Below, one piece after another: positions 9,518 through 19,286 of a stretch of DNA of 64,000 bases (the stretch's first letter is position 1; each line of letters begins with the position of its first letter). This stretch comes from Chloroflexota bacterium (GTDB lineage Bacteria; Chloroflexota; Anaerolineae; Promineifilales; Promineifilaceae). The notes below the pieces were generated by a model. It ran no database searches and was not told the origin of the DNA. It was given only the letters and a program-made list of their open reading frames with translations. The DNA is taken from contig JBCCSO010000001.1 in NCBI GenBank assembly GCA_039199965.1, forward strand, positions 2,191-66,190. The letters run 5' to 3'. Made by a program: the position numbers and the translations under genes.

Positions 9518-12121
9518 TTAACGAATTACCAGCGGAATAAACACTGAAAATAACCCAGCCTCTTGCACTGTAACTGTATGAACAACGTCACTTGCCGCAT
9601 TGTATTGATCATTACCAGTTTGACGCGCAGTGATCTGACAAGTACCTATGGCAACAGCGGAGGCAGTATTTCCTGAAACGGAACAAATGGATGGGGTTTT
9701 ACTAACAAATTTCACGGTTAGTCCCGAGGAGGCTGTTGCTACCAAGTTGAATGAAGTGTCAACAAATACACTTGAGTTATTTGCTGGGGAAGAAAATGTA
9801 ATTGACTGAGCCTGCAAACTTGAGCTACCCACAACAATTGATCTAAATACGTCTACGGCCGCCTGAAAGTTTTCATTTCCAGCCTGTGAAGCCTTGATCT
9901 GACAGCTTCCATTTGTCAGCATAGTAACCAGATTATTGGAGATTGAGCAAACACTAGGCGTTGTAACGGCAAACGAAACGGATAAACCTGAGTCTGTGGT
10001 AGCGAACAGGGTGAAAGCATCACCAATAGAGCCAGTTGCCTCATCATTCGGACTAATAAAATCTATCGACTGACTCTTTTTATTAACCAAAAGCGAAACA
10101 GCTTGAGCTGGTGCCGCATTGTATGCATCGTTCCCGCTTTGGTTAACTTCGATAGTACAAGTCCCAGCTTGAAGCAGTGTTGCAGAATCATCAGAAATAG
10201 AGCAAATAGAGGGGGTTAGGCTGCTGAAAACAACTGTCAAGTTTGACGAAGCATTCGCTTCTAAATCAACAACATCATCAATGGTAAAGCTGTCTCCATC
10301 ATCGGGAGATGTAAACATAATATTTTGATCATTTTTTGAGACAGAAATACTTTGCTGAACATCGTCGGCCGGTTCGTACTCATTATTACCCGGCTGAGAT
10401 GCGGTGATTGTGCATGTGCCCCTTTGATTAACGATCAAAATCATAGTGACTATCTCGCATACTGAGGTTGTCTCAACTGTCAGCGTCACATCTAAACCAG
10501 ATGTTGAGCTAGCATCAAGTGTGACCTCTTCAGTCACAAGCATGCCATCCTGTGCTCCGGCCGGAAGCTCAAACGTAATAGTCTGAGGCAAAAGATCACC
10601 AGATATTTCATACGCACCCATATCAACGGTAGTGTTGTGAATGCGCACCTTACCATCTAGGTCGATCGGCAGCGTCTCAACGATATTGCCGTTTGAATTT
10701 ACATCAACTACATCAACGGGCACGGCCGTATTAAGTCCAGCATCAACCGGGGACGCTAATTCCTTGAGCCTCAAATTCCCACAGTTATCATCGCTAACCC
10801 TACTAGCGTCTCCCCCCCAGACGTTATCTACTCCGTTATCTGGATCTTCCACAAACGGCGAGGTTGTGCTGGCTACGTTGCCTGTGCCGCTAAACGGGCT
10901 AGCATTGTCTGAAATCAAGCTGTGGGTTGCATTCAAAGTAGCCAACCCACTATTGTCTATTTCTGAACTATTTCCCCAAATGATGCTGTTACTAATTGTC
11001 ACATCGTTGCCTGCTTCCCTAACGTAGATACCACCCCCATTTGCAGCCTGATTTCCAGACATCGTCACATTGTCCAAGTCTACCGAGTTATTGCTACGCA
11101 TGCGTAGCGCCCCCCCATTTTCTCCGCTGACGTTTGCAGAAAATGCAGCATTCATCACTTGAATATTGTTATCATTCGCAATAGATAAACCTGAGCCAGC
11201 ATTGGAATTAGAATTAGCTCCGTCATAACTAGTGTTTCTACATACGTAAAAGTTCCCAAAATCAGCCGTATTTCTATCATTTAGATAAACGCCAGCTGCA
11301 TGTCGGCCCAAGGTTCCAATCACAGATACATTTGAAAAAGTAGGATTATTATCATCCAAAAAGAAAACACCGGCCCCAAAATCATTCGCTCGTGTATTTT
11401 CAATCATTACGTTTTCAAGAACAGGATTACTGTTAGAAAAGAAGTGAATGCCACCACCATCATTCTCGCTATAAGTCCCAATGATGTATAAATTGCGCAG
11501 AACAGGGCTTGCATTGTCCTTAAAATTAATGCCGGCACCAGTTGATTTACCACCTCCATCACCGCTACCTCCCTCCGTTTTGCCAGCTGTAATCACAAAG
11601 CCATCTACGACTGTGGTGTTGGTATATGTTACTGTTGTGCTCCCTTGAATAACATGGTGGGCATTCGAACCCTGAATATCATCATACGACTCTGTAATTC
11701 CATCCGTTTTTGTATCATTGTTGTCAATATCTCCGGACAAAATTGTTTTATTTATTTCCCAGTTGCGATCTGAAAAATCAGACCCACCACTAGGAAATCC
11801 GCCATACATTTCAACACCTTCTGTTAGTAAGAACGTTACCGAACGAGCATCAGACACATCAGTACGTTCAGAAGGCAGGTAAACACCCTCAGCAATCCAA
11901 ATTTCATCTCCATCAACTGCGACATTTAGCGCCTGCTGAACGGTCAAAAACGCATTGTCCCAGTCAGTCCCAGATTGACTCCCAAACGCGCTTTGATCCA
12001 CGTAGTAAACAGTCCCATTTGCGTAGGCGATTGAGAAAATTGAAGACAATAACAGCGCGAATACGCTAACTAGGCCCGAAAAATAGGCAAGCGACACTTT
12101 GTGATTAGCTCGTTGATTCAT
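9518..12121 (-). CDS. Large secreted right-handed beta-helix protein with four tandem Ig-like C-terminal repeats (adhesin-like)
   Basis: The signal/anchor is MNQRANHKVSLAYFSGLVSVFALLLSSIFSIAYA. The ORF track starts 30 codons earlier, at 12211. Gly/Asn-rich parallel beta-helix repeats (NxxGGGI...) are present. Four repeats of about 90 aa each contain S(I/V)CS...GTC(T/Q)I...Q.GN..Y. Confidence 0.6.
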   Translation of the reverse strand: MNQRANHKVSLAYFSGLVSVFALLLSSIFSIAYANGTVYYVDQSAFGSQSGTDWDNAFLTVQQALNVAVDGDEIWIAEGVYLPSERTDVSDARSVTFLLTEGVEMYGGFPSGGSDFSDRNWEINKTILSGDIDNNDTKTDGITESYDDIQGSNAHHVIQGSTTVTYTNTTVVDGFVITAGKTEGGSGDGGGKSTGAGINFKDNASPVLRNLYIIGTYSENDGGGIHFFSNSNPVLENVMIENTRANDFGAGVFFLDDNNPTFSNVSVIGTLGRHAAGVYLNDRNTADFGNFYVCRNTSYDGANSNSNAGSGLSIANDNNIQVMNAAFSANVSGENGGALRMRSNNSVDLDNVTMSGNQAANGGGIYVREAGNDVTISNSIIWGNSSEIDNSGLATLNATHSLISDNASPFSGTGNVASTTSPFVEDPDNGVDNVWGGDASRVSDDNCGNLRLKELASPVDAGLNTAVPVDVVDVNSNGNIVETLPIDLDGKVRIHNTTVDMGAYEISGDLLPQTITFELPAGAQDGMLVTEEVTLDASSTSGLDVTLTVETTSVCEIVTMILIVNQRGTCTITASQPGNNEYEPADDVQQSISVSKNDQNIMFTSPDDGDSFTIDDVVDLEANASSNLTVVFSSLTPSICSISDDSATLLQAGTCTIEVNQSGNDAYNAAPAQAVSLLVNKKSQSIDFISPNDEATGSIGDAFTLFATTDSGLSVSFAVTTPSVCSISNNLVTMLTNGSCQIKASQAGNENFQAAVDVFRSIVVGSSSLQAQSITFSSPANNSSVFVDTSFNLVATASSGLTVKFVSKTPSICSVSGNTASAVAIGTCQITARQTGNDQYNAASDVVHTVTVQEAGLFSVFIPLVIR

Positions 12122-12471
12122 TGAGAGATTACCTTTGTCTGATTTGGTTATTTTATTTGGGAGAAGTTTGGGTGATTTAGACGCGCTGTACCTTTGGTCG
12201 TCTTGGAACACATTTCGTTTGTAATGCTATGTAATCGTAGAACTCTTTTTGTAAACTGGAACACGATTGGCGCTGGCAGACAAACCAAACAGCCGATTTT
12301 TACACCTTTGTATAGCTCCTCAAGGTGTTTTTCTTTCTTACAGCTTTGCTAAGTACATAGTTTGTAAAGCAATGTGTACCAATCGGTCAATTTGAAGGTT
12401 GTGGTCTATCTTGAAACTGCTGTTCGTTCTGATATTGAAGGCTTCCATAAAACCTAAGAGCCTTGGACAAA

Positions 12472-13785
12472 TTATCCAATGGCGGCCTGTAAACCTTCTT
12501 CAAATCTAACAAGCGTTTCCTCCGCATCCGCGTCTGAGTGCTCTGCACAAATAAAGAATGGTTCGATGCCACCAGCCTCCGGCATAACGCCATTTACGAT
12601 CATGTGCCTATACACTTTTTCAGACAGCTCCCAGTTTGGCAACGTCTTCAGTTCACGCCAATCTTTCGGCCGCTCTTCTGAAAAACATACACCAAACATA
12701 CCGGGGGTCCCATTAATTGTGACAGGCACTCCGTGACGCTGACAGATCTCCAAAATACCATCTTGCAACATCCGGCCGTGTTTTTCAATTTTTGGGAAAA
12801 CTTCCCCGTTCTGAATCAGCTCCAGCGTCGCATCAGCCGCGGCCGTTGAAACAACGTTGCCAGTATACGTACCACCTTGAAACACACCGCCATATGTAAG
12901 CTTCATCATCAACTCTTTTTTACCGCCAAATGCAGCCACAGGAAAGCCATTTCCCATCGCTTTGGCATAGGTCGATAGATCGGGCTCAACGCCAAAATAC
13001 TCCCTTGCACCCCCGGGAGCGATCCTAAATCCAGTTTTGACTTCATCAAAAATCAGGACAATGCCATACTCATCACAAATCCGACGCAAAAAATGATGAT
13101 ATCCTTCGGCCGGAGTTAAAGCATTTGAGTTCCCCAGCATTGGCTCAACGATGATTGCGGCCACCTCATGCCCACGCTCCGCCAAAATCTCACTCAAAAC
13201 CTGTTCGTCATTCCACGGGCAAGTGATAATTAAATCATCAAAAGCCTTAGGGACCCCCAAACTATTTTTATAGGGGGTGGGTCGGCTACGACTTCCGACT
13301 TCTTCTAGTGGCGCCCCCTGTGTAGACCACATAACGCTGTCGTGCGCACCGTGGTAGGATCCCTCAAATTTCAGCACAACATCCCGGCCGGTGTACCCTC
13401 TAGCCAGCCTGATCGCATGCATAGTGCACTCGGTTCCCGTGTTTGCAAGTCTAACCATCTCTACACCCGGGCACAGATCAATAATCCGCTCACAGACGCT
13501 CACTTCATAGTGCTGGGTTGCAGCAAAGCTCACACCGTGATCGATTGCTTCTTTGACCCGATTGTTGACAAATTCATTACCATGGCCGATCAGAACCGGC
13601 CCCCAGCCCAGTCGGTAATCAATATAACGATTGCCATCGTAGTCGAAAATATGCCCTCCCTTTGCATCCTCAACTACAACAGTTTGCTCGCTCCCATAAA
13701 ATCGATAGTTAGAGCTGACCCCATACGGAGTCACTGCTTGTGCTCGCTTGAAAAACGCCTTGCTTTTGGTACCTTGCTGAATCAT
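12472..13785 (-). CDS. Class-III PLP aminotransferase (glutamate-1-semialdehyde aminomutase-like)
   Basis: 437 aa containing GSYHG, FDEVKTGFR and a PLP-lysine region YAKAMGNGFP. These match the aminotransferase class III / HemL-like family. Substrate is not assignable. Confidence 0.75.
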   Translation of the reverse strand: MIQQGTKSKAFFKRAQAVTPYGVSSNYRFYGSEQTVVVEDAKGGHIFDYDGNRYIDYRLGWGPVLIGHGNEFVNNRVKEAIDHGVSFAATQHYEVSVCERIIDLCPGVEMVRLANTGTECTMHAIRLARGYTGRDVVLKFEGSYHGAHDSVMWSTQGAPLEEVGSRSRPTPYKNSLGVPKAFDDLIITCPWNDEQVLSEILAERGHEVAAIIVEPMLGNSNALTPAEGYHHFLRRICDEYGIVLIFDEVKTGFRIAPGGAREYFGVEPDLSTYAKAMGNGFPVAAFGGKKELMMKLTYGGVFQGGTYTGNVVSTAAADATLELIQNGEVFPKIEKHGRMLQDGILEICQRHGVPVTINGTPGMFGVCFSEERPKDWRELKTLPNWELSEKVYRHMIVNGVMPEAGGIEPFFICAEHSDADAEETLVRFEEGLQAAIG

Positions 13786-13856
13786 AAAATCACCCGAATT
13801 TTTGACTCAGTGTATCAATAGGTTTGGCACACCGCAATTGACTTTCGAAATTCAAT

Positions 13857-16667
13857 TTACGGAGCAAACTGGCTCAGTCCGCTTTTGCTCAAAACCCAAA
13901 TTGTACCGTCAGGCTCAATCAACATGTCGATGATCTCGTTAGAAAGTAGACCATCAGCCGTTGAGAGGGTTAGCCAGTTTTCTCCACGCAAGGTTGAAAT
14001 ACCGCGATCTGTAGCGATCCACGGCCGCAGGTCAAGACCACTGGCTACGGCGGTCACAGAACCAAAATTTTCAAGCTCAACTACGCGCCGATTATCCCCA
14101 TCCACCCGCACTAACTCATAATCTGAAACGAACCACAGAGCATCATCAGCTGCACGGGTTAGGTCATTAAAGGTCCGGCCGCGCAAGTGCAGAATCGTCC
14201 AATCTAATTTTTCAGTTGCCAAATCTAATTCTAAGCCACCATTATTGCGCGTTGCCCACCAAATTGACCCTCCATCGGGGCTTATGTTCCCCGCTACAAC
14301 GTCTAAAGTCTCTCGATGTGGAATCATGCGACAAATGCCATTATCAATCACTGCAACTCCTTGGTCTGTCCCCAGCCAAGCCTTGCCATCTTTCATTACG
14401 ACCTCTTGCACCTTGGCGGTCGAGAGCTCTCGCTGATAAAACAGCCACGGTTCTGCACCGGGCGCTACGTTTTCTTCCGGCAGCAGTCTGGCTAGGCGGC
14501 CTTCCCATCCAGCTACCCATACGGACCCATCAGACGAGGTATGTAGTTGAGTGATCCCTTCGAAATAAAGTCGATAGTCATTCGGCCGGTAGAGTAGTTC
14601 ATCTTCAGCCAAGCGGCCGATTTCAGCAAAATACGTGCCATACCAGACCTGCTGATCTGATGTAACCGTCATATCAACTACCTCATTTCGGCGAGGTGCA
14701 TTTAGCGAAATATGTCCACCGTTTACAGCATCTGGGTCAATAATATTGTGAATAAATGTCCACTCACCGTCACGGAAAGTACTGAAACCAAAGCGAGGAT
14801 CGCCGTATCCTACCCAAAGCTGATCATTGGGGTCAACGGTCAGCACAGTCACATCATTGGTTGACAGTCCATTATTGATAGTATGTATAACCCAATCCCC
14901 AGCAGTATCTGGCAATAGCTGCGCGATTCCATTTGAGCTGGAAATCCAAAGACCATCAGAATTTGCGGCAAAGCCCCCAGTAATATCATCCAGAGGTGGA
15001 TTATTAATGGGTATAAACTGATCTCCAACTAGATGAATCAGCTGATTTTCCATAACCAGCCACAGGTTTCCGTTGACGCTGGTTGCCATGCGCTGAACTG
15101 TTCGGCCGTCGATTAGGTCCCAACCCCTCGTCTCGCTATTTAATCGGAACAGCCCCACATCCAAACCTAGCCAGATGTTCCCCTCATAGTCAGTTTCTAT
15201 CTTTCTAGCTGAGTACTCTGGCGGCAGACCGTCAACAAAATATTCCCACGCCCCGTTCTGTAATCGACCCACCGACTCATTACCCAAGAACCAAAGTGCA
15301 CCGTCAGTTGATTCTGTCATGGCGTAAAGTCTGCCGACATTCATTCCAGCCGTACGGCACTCTAAATGCTCTACGTTACCCGCTGTATCAACAAGCATGA
15401 CCCCATCAGCCGGAAACTTGCCCGAAAGCGCAATCCGGCCATCCTCAGCAAAGGTCAGTGCCGAGGCCGACTGAAGTGCAAACGTTTGCCAATCACCATT
15501 TAACTCAGACAGCAAAGACACCCCAGCATCGCCTGCCAACGCGACACCTTGATCCAAACGGGCAAAGCTAGTAAGAGAAGCGTGTGGGAAATCATCTGCT
15601 AGCACAATTTGATCTTGAATCACGCCAGCTCGTGGCTGGAAGTAGCCCACATTCGAGGCCACCCAAACGTTTCCGGACTGCTGCGTAAGTCGATTAACCC
15701 CGCCTTCAAACACCACTACCGGTGCAGCTCCATCAAAGCGAAACGTTTGGCTTTTAACCAGATTCTCTTGATTTTCAAACGTTATCCAAACGGTATTGTC
15801 AGGGGCTGCCAAGATATCCGTTGCAGGCAAATCAGGCAATCCATCTTTGACGGTGAACCGATTCCAGCGGGTCCCGTCAAACTGGCCAATGCCAGATGGA
15901 GTTGCAATCCAGACAGTGCCGTTTGGTGCAATTGTGATATCCAGAATTTGCTCATTAATGACGCCTTCATTTAAACCGTAAAAAAACCAATCAGAACCAT
16001 TGAAATGATAAACCCCTCTTTCTGTAGCCGCCCATACAGCATCTCCCGTACCAGTAATCGCATTCACAGGAGGCGAAACAATATCAAACAGAGAAAAGCG
16101 CACGGTAGACCATGTATCGCCATCATAACGAGCCACGCCTGAGGCTGTTGCTGCCCATACAACACCTTTAGAGTCAGCATAAAGGTCGCGAATGCGATCA
16201 GAGAGAATTTCATCCCGGCCGCGATAACTGATCCAGCGAGAGCCATCATAGCGTGCCACACCAGAATCGCGGGTACCGATCCAAATTTTACCAGTAGCAT
16301 CGGCTGTCACAGTCGAAACACTGCCCGATGGCAAGCCATGCTCAGGCAAAAACTTTACCCATTCACCACTGTTCACATCTTGTGTAACCAGTCCTCCATC
16401 GGTTGCCAGCCATAATAGATCATTCGCCCACAGTGCATCATTTACATGCTTCGTTGTGGTCCAAGACCGCCAATTTCCGTTTGTGACTGACGGGGTAGGC
16501 AAACTACTGAGCGTAACTCGGCTAGCTGGGGAAGGTGATGAATAAAAGACGGGCAGGGTTTGAACAATAAAGTAGCCAGTGAGTCCAAATAAACCTACAA
16601 TCACAAAAGTGCTGATTGAGATAAGGGACGTTCTTAACGTTTTTGAAGCCTTTGGTTTTTGGTCCAT
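13857..16667 (-). CDS. Membrane-anchored protein made almost entirely of two-component-regulator-propeller (Reg_prop-like) repeats; no output domain
   Basis: 936 aa with one N-terminal TM helix (ISTFVIVGLFGLTGYFIV). More than 14 repeats of the W(I/V)(A/G)T..G(L/V)..(F/Y)DG..W type follow. No HisKA, HATPase or GGDEF motif is visible. Confidence 0.6.
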   Translation of the reverse strand: MDQKPKASKTLRTSLISISTFVIVGLFGLTGYFIVQTLPVFYSSPSPASRVTLSSLPTPSVTNGNWRSWTTTKHVNDALWANDLLWLATDGGLVTQDVNSGEWVKFLPEHGLPSGSVSTVTADATGKIWIGTRDSGVARYDGSRWISYRGRDEILSDRIRDLYADSKGVVWAATASGVARYDGDTWSTVRFSLFDIVSPPVNAITGTGDAVWAATERGVYHFNGSDWFFYGLNEGVINEQILDITIAPNGTVWIATPSGIGQFDGTRWNRFTVKDGLPDLPATDILAAPDNTVWITFENQENLVKSQTFRFDGAAPVVVFEGGVNRLTQQSGNVWVASNVGYFQPRAGVIQDQIVLADDFPHASLTSFARLDQGVALAGDAGVSLLSELNGDWQTFALQSASALTFAEDGRIALSGKFPADGVMLVDTAGNVEHLECRTAGMNVGRLYAMTESTDGALWFLGNESVGRLQNGAWEYFVDGLPPEYSARKIETDYEGNIWLGLDVGLFRLNSETRGWDLIDGRTVQRMATSVNGNLWLVMENQLIHLVGDQFIPINNPPLDDITGGFAANSDGLWISSSNGIAQLLPDTAGDWVIHTINNGLSTNDVTVLTVDPNDQLWVGYGDPRFGFSTFRDGEWTFIHNIIDPDAVNGGHISLNAPRRNEVVDMTVTSDQQVWYGTYFAEIGRLAEDELLYRPNDYRLYFEGITQLHTSSDGSVWVAGWEGRLARLLPEENVAPGAEPWLFYQRELSTAKVQEVVMKDGKAWLGTDQGVAVIDNGICRMIPHRETLDVVAGNISPDGGSIWWATRNNGGLELDLATEKLDWTILHLRGRTFNDLTRAADDALWFVSDYELVRVDGDNRRVVELENFGSVTAVASGLDLRPWIATDRGISTLRGENWLTLSTADGLLSNEIIDMLIEPDGTIWVLSKSGLSQFAP

Positions 16668-16762
16668 CCAAGCATTATGACAGTTAAGCTACGTCGTAAG
16701 CTTGATTCTTACTGACCATTTATCACAATCACACGAATACTCTAAATTTTTAGGACGAAAAC

Positions 16763-17386
16763 ATGCCTTGGATATATGTAAAAACACACGAGGAAGCGGA
16801 AGGGCTGCTAAAAAAAGAATATGACAGTGCGATGAAGCGTGCAGGCCGTATTTGGAACATCGTCTCAATCATGAGCCAAAACCCACGGGCTATGAAAACG
16901 TCAATGGACTTTTACGGCGCATTGATGTTTGGCCCATCCCCCTTAAGCCGCAGCCAGAGAGAAATGTTGGCAACCATTGTTTCAGTTGCCAACCACTGCG
17001 TTTACTGAATCCGTGCTCATGCACACGACCTCCGGGCTGAGGTCGAGAAAGATTGGGGGCTGACAGATGTGCGCCATGCAGACCTAACTGTTCATTATAT
17101 TGCGACAGATTGGCAGAAAGCGGACTTAAGCGCAGGGGATCAAGCCTTGTGTACATACGCAGATAAACTGACAAATCATCCACAAATGATGACGGAAGCA
17201 GACATTCTCTTTTTAAAAGAATCAGGATTTGATGACCGTGCCATTCACGATGCAACACAGGTCATTTCCTACTTTAATTACATCAACCGCATTGCTGATG
17301 CACTGGATGTGGCTACTGAAGATTTTGTTCACGCTTGGGAACAATCAGCGCCAACACGAGCACCAGTTGACGCCAAGAGGACCTAA
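16763..17386 (+). CDS. AhpD/carboxymuconolactone-decarboxylase-family peroxidase-related protein; predicted selenoprotein with in-frame UGA (Sec) at 17006..17008
   Basis: Track ORFs 16763..17008 and 17069..17386 are in the same frame (both coordinates are 2 mod 3). A single TGA separates them. Read-through gives ...LSRSQREMLATIVSVANHCVY-U-IRAHAHDLRAEV...AILFLKESGFDDRAIHDATQVISYFNYINRIADALDV. The UGA sits where the family motif C-x-x-C-x-x-x-H has its second Cys. Confidence 0.75.
17026..17045 (+). promoter_or_regulatory. Candidate bacterial SECIS hairpin
   Basis: CGACCUC-CGGGCU-GAGGUCG is a 7-bp stem with a G-rich apical loop. It begins 18 nt after the UGA at 17006..17008. This is within the spacing range used by bacterial SelB-dependent recoding. 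Confidence 0.55.
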
Positions 17387-18609
17387 CGAATTAGTGGGTT
17401 CCGCTCGAGCTTGGCATGGGCAACGACTGACTCAACTGCGGCAGATTGTTGCCTGCGCGTGTAGTTCTCAAAGTCAATAAAAAGTGAATCATCAATTTTC
17501 CCGATCCCCTTAGTCACGCCAAAGTAGGTTGACACAGAGAAGTCACCCAGTGGGGCAATAAGGGCGTTGGCTTGCTGATCAATGCTTCCGTATCCGCCGC
17601 CCAAATACCAGATACCCGCGCCTAGCACTTCAGGGTAGGCTGCATACAGTTGGCTGGCCCATAAAATGTCTTCCATGGCGTTGTTTAAATCCGGCACGCT
17701 GCGGTATTCCCAGCCCCACTCAGTAATCAGAATGGTCGGCCGGCCGATACCCTGATTGTCTACAACATCAAACAATTTCTGAAAACGGCCTAACAGCCAT
17801 GGATAAAGACGGCCAATTGTCCCTGTTTCGTAGCTATATTCATGAAGGGAGACAGCCACCAGCTTCGGATGCTCAGCCGCGTATGCCAAAAATTCAAGCA
17901 TCTTCTCCCCCTCCCAGTGCTCAATCTCAGGTTCTCCAGAAGACCAAGCAAACATAGCTACTTTTCGGCCGTCAGCCACTGCTAACTTTGCCAGTGCCAA
18001 CGAGAACTCTGCCAACCACTCGCTTCTATTCTTATCCGGTTCATTGATGGTTTCCATCCAAACCCTAGTGGGGTCTAACTCAGGTGGCCACGCGGCTACC
18101 AAGCGCTCATACACAATATCAGCTTCTTCGATCGGATCATTGTCATAATTTGGCAATTCAAACGAACCGCCGGTCCGGCGGAATACCATAATATGTTCAA
18201 CACCGCTTACATTTCCAAGCTCTTGAACTTCGTAGATGGGGCCAGCATCGTCAACAGCCTTGATAAAAATTGGGACCCCTGCAGCATCCAGCTTCTCAAA
18301 ATACTGAGTAATGCCGCTTAAATTCCCGCTTGGTCCCGTATGGAAGCCAATTTTGTTATATGCTAACTCTTTGGTTTCAGTTAAGGCTGCCGCCGCTTGC
18401 ATAAAATCAACCGGATTAGTGCTGGTATAAACATCAGGAATAGGCAGGGGATCAGGCAATTCAGCCACCGGCTCTTCACCATTGGCAACAATTGGAAGGT
18501 AGACCCTAGCAAGCTCATCTTCTTGCGATTGAGCGATATGAGCAAATTGGAGTGACAACAGGCACAATAAAATGAGTGTGGGGGCGATCCCAAGTAACTT
18601 TTCTCTCAT
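17383..18609 (-). CDS. Secreted TIM-barrel glycoside-hydrolase-like protein (clan GH-A signatures)
   Basis: The signal peptide is MREKLLGIAPTLILLCLLSLQFAHIAQS. ETINEPD (acid/base NEP) and ITEWGWE (nucleophile Glu) lie about 110 aa apart, as in clan GH-A enzymes. The GH family is not assignable. Confidence 0.45.
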   Translation of the reverse strand: MREKLLGIAPTLILLCLLSLQFAHIAQSQEDELARVYLPIVANGEEPVAELPDPLPIPDVYTSTNPVDFMQAAAALTETKELAYNKIGFHTGPSGNLSGITQYFEKLDAAGVPIFIKAVDDAGPIYEVQELGNVSGVEHIMVFRRTGGSFELPNYDNDPIEEADIVYERLVAAWPPELDPTRVWMETINEPDKNRSEWLAEFSLALAKLAVADGRKVAMFAWSSGEPEIEHWEGEKMLEFLAYAAEHPKLVAVSLHEYSYETGTIGRLYPWLLGRFQKLFDVVDNQGIGRPTILITEWGWEYRSVPDLNNAMEDILWASQLYAAYPEVLGAGIWYLGGGYGSIDQQANALIAPLGDFSVSTYFGVTKGIGKIDDSLFIDFENYTRRQQSAAVESVVAHAKLERNPLIR

Positions 18610-18750
18610 ACCAAAAGTTTCTCAGAAAGATTTTGAGAACGCATTAGGAAGATTGGTAACTTAACCTGTTATTCACCAGTTTTCAGACTTTTTTCATCAA
18701 AACATGCTGCTTTCTCTCTGGAACAAAGGCAACTCTAAAAACCTCTGCGG

Positions 18751-19230
18751 CTAATCATCAATTTTGAGCCAGTCAGACTTCCCAAACCTGTTGTCAAGAA
18801 AACGGCCGTGAACCAGCATTTTTTGCACATTATTTTGGCTTAAATCCCCCACAATCTCTTTCATTTCGTTATCTAAAATTTGGAGCTGTTCAACAAGTAA
18901 ATCTGTCGCTGTTTTACCATTCTTGATAACTTCATAACGTGCTTTTGAGGCAGGTAATTTCAAATAATTTTCAACAGCCTCTGGCAAGTAGCTTTCGACA
19001 GTCCGCCGGATCGAAAAAACATACGGTTCACTGCTGTTAATATCATTAATTTGAGGAATAATTTGATGAATAGAGTCCCGAATACTACTTACCAAGCTGA
19101 ACACTTCTGTTGGCACCCGCTTGTGGATTGATTGAACAAAAAGATTGAGCGACTGAATCAGGTCGTTAGACGAGATTTCTGGATCAGCTTGGATTGATCT
19201 TTTAAAAAATGACTTGAGTTTTCGGCGCAA
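18751..19230 (-). CDS. Hypothetical helical protein, possibly XpaC-like partner of TelA
   Basis: 159-aa ORF with a TTG start, located immediately downstream of the TelA-family gene. xpaC and the telA-family gene yaaN are neighbours in Bacillus. I have no motif-level support, so the assignment is tentative. Confidence 0.35.
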   Translation of the reverse strand: MRRKLKSFFKRSIQADPEISSNDLIQSLNLFVQSIHKRVPTEVFSLVSSIRDSIHQIIPQINDINSSEPYVFSIRRTVESYLPEAVENYLKLPASKARYEVIKNGKTATDLLVEQLQILDNEMKEIVGDLSQNNVQKMLVHGRFLDNRFGKSDWLKIDD

Positions 19231-19232
19231 AT

Positions 19233-19269
19233 TAAAAAAGCCTCTTCAACTGATCTAGCTGAAGAGGCT
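19233..19269 (-). terminator. Terminator-like hairpin between the telA-like gene and the downstream ORF
   Basis: On the minus strand GCCUCUUCA-N11-UGAAGAGGC is followed by UUUUUU. It ends 1-2 nt before the TTG start at 19230. Confidence 0.6.
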
Positions 19270-19286
19270 GCTATCTAACAATCAAT

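Noticed and set aside
16852-17258. Overlapping ORFs 16852..17040 (+) and 16890..17258 (-) within the AhpD-like locus
   Set aside because: They are out of frame or antisense to a reading frame that shows clear family-level similarity across the UGA. They are shadow ORFs.
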